NCBI GenBank assembly: GCA_964383765.1 | Contig: CAYLHT010000002.1 | Location: 62,774 to 126,773, forward strand | Reading direction: 5' to 3' | DNA from: an uncultured Gammaproteobacteria bacterium | Lineage (GTDB): Bacteria > Patescibacteriota > Patescibacteriia > SBBC01 > CAIJZX01 | DNA length: 64,000 nt | In this document: one piece after another, positions 57,421 to 64,000 of the stretch | How positions within the stretch are numbered: position 1 is the first letter of the stretch | Layout: every line of letters starts with the position of its first letter | Translations under genes and position numbers: made by a program | The notes under the pieces: generated by a model | The model's input: the letters and a program-made list of their open reading frames with translations, nothing else | What the model was told of the DNA's origin: nothing | Database searches by the model: none

Positions 57421-59379
57421 TTACTTCAGACTGATCGACCGGATCAAATCGTTCAGTTGGTCAGCCACCAAGACGGTCTTATTCGAGAGCAACAGGACGC
57501 CACGCGGGGTGTTGAAGGTGGCATGCGTTTGGTCAGCGTTGAAGTTGCCGCGCTTGCCTGACCCGGCGAGCAACGAGATCGTTTTCTTGGCGAGGTCAAT
57601 CACGCGGACGGTATTACTCCCCGTTTCAGTCAGCAGCAAGGTGTTGCCCAGGCCCCGGGCTAAAGTTTGAGGATAGGCCAGGACTGCCTGAGACCACTTC
57701 CCATTCTGCAATCCAACGTTGCCATTGCCCATGAGCTTCGTGACTTGCTTGGTCTTCAGGTTCAAGCTATCGACCGTATTGCCAGTTTCATCAGCGATGT
57801 ACAGGGTTTTCTGGTCGGTGCTCAAGACCAAGCTGTTCGGTCGTTTGAAGCGAGCTTTTGATCCGATCCCGTCTTTAATGCCAGCAGTACTGTTGCCCGC
57901 CAGAAGCTTGGTATTACCGGTGGCGACGTCGACGCTACGAATCCGGTGGTTAAAACTATCGGCCACGTAGAGAGTTTTCCCGTTGGCACTGATGGCGATG
58001 CCGGTCGGTCGGTCAAAGTAGGCACACCCAGCCACACCGGTGTCGGTCATTCCCGGGCAAGGGGTACCCTCAGCGTAGCCGTTGGCGGTACCACTGAAAA
58101 CATTGAATTTGCCGGCGCCAGTCAGCGTGGTGATTTCATTGTTGGCCAAGTTCAGAACCCGAATGCGGTTGTTATTTCGATCGGCGAAGTAAATTTTGGT
58201 GCCGCCCGGGTTGATGGCAATTTGCTGGGGACCGCTGACGCGAGCAAGAGTGCCGATCCCATCCACGAAGTTGTCGTCTTGATGTCCGGCTAAGAACGTC
58301 AGGGTTTTGGCGGTCAGGTCAATGACTTTGAACTGATCGTTTTCCAGCAGGTAGATCTTTTTCTTGTCCGTTGATAATACCATTGCGACTGGCCGACCAG
58401 TGAGCGCTTGTGACAATGCTCCGTCGCGCTGGTTGCGACGATGGGCTCCGGCGATCTTGATTGGGTTAGCGCCGTCGAGGTCAGCGGTATACACGCTCGA
58501 TCCGGACTTGAACAACAAGTACATTTTTCCACCGCAGAAGGTGAGATCGGAGGCGTGATTATACCATTCAGTTTCAGCCACGGCCTGCAGCTGGGTGATC
58601 ACACCAGTACCCGGCACGTATTTCCAGATGTAATTGGTGGTGCCGTTCGTTCCGGAGACGAAGTAGACATCGCCGTTGTAGACCGTCACCCCCTCAGCGT
58701 CGACCATCCCAGTTTTCAAGTCCGTCACACTGCCGGTCGTTAGGTCAACGCTGGCAAAGGTCGAGGAGTTGTTGTGCATGACGTACAGCGTCGAACCAAG
58801 GATGTCCATCTTGCCGGGAGTCGTCAACGTCGCAAGCGTACTGCTGGCTTGCGTGACCAGGTTGACTTTCAGGATTTTATTGTGTCCGGTGTCGGCGACA
58901 AAGAGTGAGGTGCCATCAGTGGCCACGCCCTGCGGATTTTTTAATCCCGTCAGCCAGGCTGAAACTCCAATGCCATTCATCTTTCGCACCCGGTTATTGT
59001 CGGCATCGCTGACGTAGAATTCACCGGCTGGCCCCATCACGATGTCAGTTGGGGTGGTGAATTTGCTGCTGGCCAGTACACCATTCTTGAAACCATACTG
59101 TCCGGAGCCAGCGTAGGTGGTGATGACGTTACTGGTGTCGATTTTGCGGATGACGAAATTGCCAGTATCAGCGATGTACAGGTTGCACGAACTGTCCGCG
59201 ACAAAACCCTGGGGGGTGTCGAGGAAGGCGCTGTTGGCGTCCCCACCGTCGCCGTCGTACGTTTTACTGAAATACGTCTTGACGTCACCGTACTTGGCCT
59301 GGGCCGGAATGGCGGTGGTGAGAGAAACCAAAACGACGGTCAGCAGGGCTGACGCGCGAGTGAGATGTCGCATAGGCAT
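57421..59379 (-). CDS. Secreted NHL-repeat beta-propeller protein
   Basis: Signal peptide; repeated P.G.....LYIADTGN.IRKI / AG.G..G..DG motifs. TGcTATACT upstream supports the start at 59379. Confidence 0.9.
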   Translation of the reverse strand: MPMRHLTRASALLTVVLVSLTTAIPAQAKYGDVKTYFSKTYDGDGGDANSAFLDTPQGFVADSSCNLYIADTGNFVIRKIDTSNVITTYAGSGQYGFKNGVLASSKFTTPTDIVMGPAGEFYVSDADNNRVRKMNGIGVSAWLTGLKNPQGVATDGTSLFVADTGHNKILKVNLVTQASSTLATLTTPGKMDILGSTLYVMHNNSSTFASVDLTTGSVTDLKTGMVDAEGVTVYNGDVYFVSGTNGTTNYIWKYVPGTGVITQLQAVAETEWYNHASDLTFCGGKMYLLFKSGSSVYTADLDGANPIKIAGAHRRNQRDGALSQALTGRPVAMVLSTDKKKIYLLENDQFKVIDLTAKTLTFLAGHQDDNFVDGIGTLARVSGPQQIAINPGGTKIYFADRNNNRIRVLNLANNEITTLTGAGKFNVFSGTANGYAEGTPCPGMTDTGVAGCAYFDRPTGIAISANGKTLYVADSFNHRIRSVDVATGNTKLLAGNSTAGIKDGIGSKARFKRPNSLVLSTDQKTLYIADETGNTVDSLNLKTKQVTKLMGNGNVGLQNGKWSQAVLAYPQTLARGLGNTLLLTETGSNTVRVIDLAKKTISLLAGSGKRGNFNADQTHATFNTPRGVLLLSNKTVLVADQLNDLIRSISLK

Positions 59380-59470
59380 GTTGTTCGTTAGTTTGTAGAC
59401 GCTAGTATAGCATGGCGGAGACAAAAAATCAACGCCAGTACTGCTAACTGACGCTGCTCACTTCGAATTC

Positions 59471-59815
59471 TTACTTGGCCGCTTGTTTGACGATGGCGGC
59501 GAAAACTTCCGGCTGTGTGGCGGCCAGATCCGACAAAACTTTTCGATCCAGTTCAATCTTGGCCACCTTGAGTTTATGCATCAATTGACTATAGCTCATA
59601 TCGTGTTGCCGGGCGGCTGCGCCGATTCGAATTTGCCAGAGGGCGCGGAAATCACGTTTTTTCAGACGGCGATGGCGATAGGCGTGCACGCCAGCGCGGG
59701 TGGCGGCTTGGCGACCAAGCCGAATCGAAGATTTCCGTTTCCAGCGGAAGCCTTTAACGCGCTTGAGAAGATTTTTTCGCCGCTTGAGGTGGGCGACACC
59801 GCGTTTGACGCGCAT
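59471..59815 (-). CDS. rplT: 50S ribosomal protein L20
   Basis: MRVKRG, KKRDFRALWQIRI, SYSQLM, LDRKVLSDLA. Confidence 0.97.
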   Translation of the reverse strand: MRVKRGVAHLKRRKNLLKRVKGFRWKRKSSIRLGRQAATRAGVHAYRHRRLKKRDFRALWQIRIGAAARQHDMSYSQLMHKLKVAKIELDRKVLSDLAATQPEVFAAIVKQAAK

Positions 59816-59818
59816 AGG

Positions 59819-60022
59819 TTACGACGAATAGGGTAACAAGCGCTTCACGGCTGGGACATTGACCTCAGCCACCGACTCATCGCGTCGTTTACTCATGGTC
59901 CGGACGCCGCGGTCGCGCGAGTTAAAGTGGTCCTGGCCGGCGTGCCGTTTCAGGAATTTCTTACCCGCGGTTTGGCGAAAACGCTTGGCCGTTGCTTGGT
60001 GGGTCTTGAGCTTCAATTTCAT
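59819..60022 (-). CDS. rpmI: 50S ribosomal protein L35
   Basis: KLKTHQATAKRF...LLPY; lies between infC and rplT. Confidence 0.93.
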   Translation of the reverse strand: MKLKLKTHQATAKRFRQTAGKKFLKRHAGQDHFNSRDRGVRTMSKRRDESVAEVNVPAVKRLLPYSS

Positions 60023-60062
60023 AGCCGCGCTAGTGTACCGGAACTGGAACTACCCGTCAAGT

Positions 60063-60575
60063 CTACTTCTTCTTGCCGACAATCATCGTCAGCCGGTTGC
60101 CGAGCTGGCTGAGCGCCGATTCGACCACGACTTTATCACCCAAGTCAGTCGCAAATTGATCCATGGATTTCTTGGCTACGTCTTTCAAGGCATTTTCTCG
60201 GCCGCGCAGACGCATTTCCAACTGGACTTTATGACCTTCCTCTAAAAATTTCAGGGCCTGGGCTTTGCGGGTATCACGATCGTGCGGACCCATTTTGAAG
60301 GTAAGACGAATTCCTTTGAGATCGACTTTTTTCTGATGCGCCTTCGCCTTCCGTTCTTTCTTTTCTTGCTGGAATTGAAAAGCACCAAAATCCAAAATCT
60401 TAACGACTGGCGGCTTAGCCATCGGTGCGATCTCGACCAAATCCAAGCCCCGCTGCTGGGCCAAGGCTAAGGCCTGAGCGGTCTCCATCACACCGGCGTG
60501 TTTTCCCGTTTCGTCGATGACCGAGACCGGGGAGACCCGGATCTGGGCGTTCACCCGATAGTGTTTAGGCGGAAT
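60063..60575 (-). CDS. infC: Translation initiation factor IF-3, probable ATT start
   Basis: NAQIR, GLDLVEIAP...PPVVKILDFG, LRGRE. In-frame ATT at 60575; non-AUG starts are typical of infC. Confidence 0.93.
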   Translation of the reverse strand: MPPKHYRVNAQIRVSPVSVIDETGKHAGVMETAQALALAQQRGLDLVEIAPMAKPPVVKILDFGAFQFQQEKKERKAKAHQKKVDLKGIRLTFKMGPHDRDTRKAQALKFLEEGHKVQLEMRLRGRENALKDVAKKSMDQFATDLGDKVVVESALSQLGNRLTMIVGKKK

Positions 60576-60702
60576 AGTGTTTTTGTGATTGGCTAAATCG
60601 CCCCTTTGCAGGGCTCAGGGCGCTCGACCCGAAGAACGGATGAGGCGTCAAGCGGCTAATTGTCGTGCGGGTTACTAGTCAAGGCAGAAAAGGTGTAGGG
60701 AA

Positions 60703-60765
60703 AGTATAGAGTAAAGTCTTGACGATCGCAAGCTGGTTGACAAAATGGTGTTTTTGCGCTAGTCT
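60703..60765. promoter_or_regulatory. Divergent promoters for the infC operon (-) and tmRNA (+)
   Basis: Minus strand: TTGCGA-17-TATACT (60731-60703). Plus strand: TTGACA-17-TAGTCT (60737-60765). Confidence 0.65.
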
Positions 60766-60800
60766 CAGCCGTACTGAACCTTCGCCGGCCTGCACTTATC

Positions 60801-60882
60801 TGTCATTTCGAGGAGCGTAGCGACGAGAAATCTGCTTTGGAACCTGTTGATCATAGATTCCTCGCTAGAGCTCGGAATGACA
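60801..60882. repeat. TGTCATTTCGA-family palindromic element, copy 3 (in the tmRNA leader)
   Basis: TGTCATTTCGAG...CGAGAAATCT...AGATTCCTCG...CTCGGAATGACA. Confidence 0.8.
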
Positions 60883-60898
60883 CTATGGGTACTGGCCG

Positions 60899-61300
60899 GG
60901 GGATGTTCAAACGTCGAACGATCGTTGAGAACTCAAGACTATCGTGCCGACACGCCAACAACGTCGTAAAAATGTTGGAATGAGATACGTGCCAAAACAC
61001 TTCTCAGCAGACTTCGGGACAGCGTAGCTTCGGCTTTCGCCCAACCGTCGTTTGTTCCTGCCGTCGCCTAAACCGCGACTGCCATCCGTCCAGGCGACTC
61101 CGACTAGCCTGATCGCGGGTGTCATTTCTGTCGGGCCGGTGGGAGACTGTTCAGCGCTCTCACTGCGTACTGCCTGAACGCCGTCAGCAGGATTCTGGCC
61201 GACTCTGATCCTGGTGACGTAACTTGAGCCGGCTGCGCACGGGACCAGTAGTCTTCGGTTCTTCGTCGCCACGCGGGTGCAAGACCCGCCATCTCCACCA
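60899..61300 (+). ncRNA. ssrA: tmRNA
   Basis: Acceptor stem GGGGATG/CATCTCC-ACCA with G3:U Ala determinant; T-arm GCGGG..CCCGC; candidate tag ORF 60991-61071 AKTLLSRLRDSVASAFAQPSFVPAVA*; smpB nearby. Confidence 0.92.
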
Positions 61301-61311
61301 CAAGTCACCGT

Positions 61312-61515
61312 CTATGCTGACGGTGGTTTTTGTTTGGGAGATAGTTTCTTAGGGAAAACATAGATCGAAGCCAACGCGATCACCGCGCTAATACCGCCGA
61401 AGAAAACGACATTGACCAGCAGATTCGCATCGGTACGCCAAGGCATCAACACCCGGCCCAAACCTGAGACAAGAAAGTAACATATGAGAAAAGTTATCCA
61501 AAATCTTTTTTTCAT
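61312..61515 (-). CDS. Small two-TM hypothetical protein
   Basis: Two hydrophobic helices; ATGA overlap with the GNAT gene. Confidence 0.65.
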   Translation of the reverse strand: MKKRFWITFLICYFLVSGLGRVLMPWRTDANLLVNVVFFGGISAVIALASIYVFPKKLSPKQKPPSA

Positions 61516-61994
61516 GGTTTGAGTCTTTTCCTTTTCGGCGCGCCCAAGCGTCCGCGTCGTGGTCGAGTTGCAAGTCCTTTAGTCCACTCGCGAGTCACGT
61601 GGTTGGATTGCCAACCAAGTCGACGATGAAGTTTTTGAATATATGGGTTGTTCGTGACCGCGTAGGCTAGCAGGAAGTAAGCTTTGCGTCGTCGTGCCTC
61701 GCTTTCCATCGCTTCCAACAACGTTCGACCGATTCCCTGACTGCGGTATTTTTTTGACACGACAATATACTGAGATAAATATCCGGCCACGATTTTTTCG
61801 GCAATCGTAAATCCAATGATTTGTTTATTCATCACCGCTATCAGAAAAATGTGTTTACCTTTCACTACGCGTTGGTAATATTCCAGCGGCAGGTACCACC
61901 CCGGCGCAATCGCGATTTCCGGAACTCGGCCGAGTCTTTCGACGGCACGGCAATCAGACAGACGGGCAGCGCGAATTGAAAATGTAATTTTCAT
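61512..61994 (-). CDS. GNAT family N-acetyltransferase
   Basis: VVSKKYRSQGIGRTLL; ATGA overlap with smpB. Confidence 0.85.
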   Translation of the reverse strand: MKITFSIRAARLSDCRAVERLGRVPEIAIAPGWYLPLEYYQRVVKGKHIFLIAVMNKQIIGFTIAEKIVAGYLSQYIVVSKKYRSQGIGRTLLEAMESEARRRKAYFLLAYAVTNNPYIQKLHRRLGWQSNHVTREWTKGLATRPRRGRLGAPKRKRLKP

Positions 61995-62437
61995 GCTTTC
62001 ACCCTCATCGCCCGTCGAATTTTCCTTTCGACCTCACGTTTTTTGATCGATGCACGTTTATCAAATTGTTTTTTCCCCCGCGCCAACCCGAGTTCAACCT
62101 TCACTAATCCTTGCTTATCGTAAATTGAAAGCGGCACTAAGGTCAAACCCTGACTTCGTAAACTTCCAATGAGCCTATCGATGTCCCGACGTCGAACCAG
62201 TAACCGGCGACTACGGGTGGGATCATGTTTCATTTGTGAAGCCGGTTTGTAGGCGCCGACATGGGCGTTGATTAACCACAGTTCGCTATTGCGAATCGTG
62301 GCGTAGCTGCCTTTCAAACTGGTGTTGCCGCCCTTGATTGATTTGACCTCGGGTCCGGTCAAGGAAATGCCGGCTTCCATTGTTTCAAGTATCTGGAATT
62401 TATGGCGGGCGTCGCGATTGGTGGCGAAGGTAGGCAT
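61991..62437 (-). CDS. smpB: SsrA-binding protein
   Basis: NRDARH, EAGISLTGPEVKS, LARGKKQFDKR. TGGTACACT lies 6 nt before ATG 62437. Confidence 0.97.
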   Translation of the reverse strand: MPTFATNRDARHKFQILETMEAGISLTGPEVKSIKGGNTSLKGSYATIRNSELWLINAHVGAYKPASQMKHDPTRSRRLLVRRRDIDRLIGSLRSQGLTLVPLSIYDKQGLVKVELGLARGKKQFDKRASIKKREVERKIRRAMRVKA

Positions 62438-62461
62438 GCGGAAAGTGTACCAGAAAAGTAG

Positions 62462-62642
62462 CTTCGCCGCTGTCATGGTGCCTGCCCGCCGCATGGCTTC
62501 GGCAGGCGGGAGCCCGCTCCACTGACCCTTCGACTAGGGTCCTCCGCTGTGCTTCGGACCCTCGCCTCTCGTTAGCCTCGGGTCGGCTCAGGGTGACAGT
62601 GGAGCGGAGCCACGCAGTGGCTAGTCGAACCATCAGCGGCGA
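62462..62642. repeat. Nested palindromic repeat cluster between divergent smpB and argS
   Basis: TCGCCGCTG/CAGCGGCGA outer arms; CCTGCC..GGCAGG; GCTCCACTG/CAGTGGAGC; CCCTTCGACT...GCTCAGGG; AGGGTCC/GGACCCT. Confidence 0.65.
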
Positions 62643-62659
62643 TAGTGTATACTTTCGGT

Positions 62660-64000
62660 ATGATTCTGCCCGACCAGCATCTCCGAAAACTTCTTGAGAA
62701 AGCCATTGCCAAGGCCTACTCGCAGGTGGGGGAGATTGAAATTCCGATCGAACCGACGGCTGAGGCGCGGTTCGGAGACTATACCTCAACTGTGGCTTTG
62801 AAATTAGCGAAGCAACTCAATGAACAACCGCGCGAAGTCGCTCAGCATTTGATCGCACAACTCGGAACCCTGGCCCCGATGATTGAAAAAGCCGACGTGG
62901 CTGGTGCCGGATTTATAAATTTCACGCTCAAACCGTTGTGGTTATTGAAGCAAATCGACGGGGTGGCCAAAGAAAAAAAGTTCGGCGCTAGTACGATTGG
63001 CGGCGGGAAAAAAGTGTTGCTGGAGTTTGTGTCGGCTAATCCAACCGGCCCAGTCACGCTTGGCAATGGTCGGGCGGCGTTTTCGGGTGATACGTTGTCG
63101 AATATCCTCTCACTACTTGGCTGGAAAGTTATACGTGAGTACTACATTAACGACTCGGGCAACCAAGTAGAAATCTTGGCTGAATCAGTGCTTCGCCGAT
63201 ATTGGCAACAACAAGGCATTAAAACTGAGTACCCGGACTACTGCTACCAAGGAGAGTACGTTAATGACTTGGCTAAGCACTTGAAGCTCCAGATGTACAA
63301 AGTGCAAAGTGTGGCGATCTTACGCGATCGGATCAAAGGCCGCGTTCTCGAAATGATGATTAAGGATCACATGCGCGTGATGAGAAAGATAGGTGTCAAA
63401 TACTCGACGTGGTTTCGAGAAAGCACTCTCCATAAGCGCAAGCTGACGGAAAAAATGATCGACTACCTCGATCAACACGGTCTGCTATTTCAGCAAGACG
63501 GCGCCGCCTGGTTTAAGACCACCGCTTTTGGCGATGATAAAGATCGGGTGCTTGTCAAAAAAGATGGCAGCATGACCTATCTGGTTGCAGACGTGGCGTT
63601 GCGCTGGAATAGATTTATGGAGCGCAAGATTGACCGGGAAATTATTTACCTCGGGGCTGATCACCATGGGTACATCGGCCGACTGAATGCGATTGCAGCC
63701 GCTTTGGGCCATGCCCGCGCGATCGATGTTTTGATTCTGCAACTCGTCCGATTAATGAAAGACGGACAAGAAGTCAAAATGTCCAAGCGAGCTGGAACCT
63801 ACGTGACACTGGAAGAAGTTGTTGATGAGGTGGGTGTGGATGCCGCTCGGTTCTTTTTCCTGATGCACGGCGGCAATACCCACATGGATTTCGATCTCAA
63901 CTTAGCCAAGGAAAAATCCGAAAAAAATCCAGTCTACTACGTCCAATATGCTCACGCGCGAATCGCGAGTATCCTGACGAAAACGAAAAAATTGCCGGTG
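62660..64000 (+). CDS. argS: Arginine--tRNA ligase, 3'-truncated by the window end
   Basis: FGDY, EFVSANPTGP, EYYINDSGNQ, GADHHGY, KMSKR, NPVYYVQYAHAR. Absent from the ORF track because there is no stop in the window. TATACT lies 6 nt before the ATG. Confidence 0.96.
   Translation, partial: MILPDQHLRKLLEKAIAKAYSQVGEIEIPIEPTAEARFGDYTSTVALKLAKQLNEQPREVAQHLIAQLGTLAPMIEKADVAGAGFINFTLKPLWLLKQIDGVAKEKKFGASTIGGGKKVLLEFVSANPTGPVTLGNGRAAFSGDTLSNILSLLGWKVIREYYINDSGNQVEILAESVLRRYWQQQGIKTEYPDYCYQGEYVNDLAKHLKLQMYKVQSVAILRDRIKGRVLEMMIKDHMRVMRKIGVKYSTWFRESTLHKRKLTEKMIDYLDQHGLLFQQDGAAWFKTTAFGDDKDRVLVKKDGSMTYLVADVALRWNRFMERKIDREIIYLGADHHGYIGRLNAIAAALGHARAIDVLILQLVRLMKDGQEVKMSKRAGTYVTLEEVVDEVGVDAARFFFLMHGGNTHMDFDLNLAKEKSEKNPVYYVQYAHARIASILTKTKKLPV

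Noticed and set aside
60907-61308. 133-aa minus-strand ORF
   Set aside because: It is antisense to the tmRNA gene.
1-64000. UGA recoding (genetic code 25)
   Set aside because: TGA ends conserved genes at expected positions (nrdJ, ybeY, smpB), and RF2 with its UGA-dependent frameshift is present.

Overview
Bacterial chromosomal window, genetic code 11. Gene content, CPR-type pilin and cohesin proteins, leaderless promoters and palindromic micro-repeats suggest a Patescibacteria/CPR genome, probably ABY1/Kerfeldbacteria-like (inference). Bases 1-21.2 kb are a surface-structure locus: a 5'-truncated giant adhesin (>4,490 aa), two proteins sharing domains in a chain-like pattern, a WxLIP/DUF916-like protein, a dockerin protein and three membrane-anchored cohesin proteins. 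Together they look like an undescribed cohesin-dockerin-anchored fibre. Next come tRNA-Val, lepB, hisS, HIT, rpsU, YqeY, a 2,036-aa pilin-fusion protein, ybeY, dgkA, ftsA and ftsZ. A B12 module follows: NrdR boxes, nrdR, nrdJ, btuR, a cobalamin riboswitch, two DUF4430-like proteins and a putative S-component. The rest holds htrA, frameshifted prfB with a duplicated leader, a GC-rich glmS, split comEC, a tRNA-Asp nested inside a second degenerate tRNA-Asp, an NHL protein, infC-rpmI-rplT, tmRNA, smpB and partial argS. Several families of small hairpin elements sit at start codons and inside RNA elements. No CRISPR array, rRNA or transposase was seen. All domain calls are from motif recognition by eye, not database searches.
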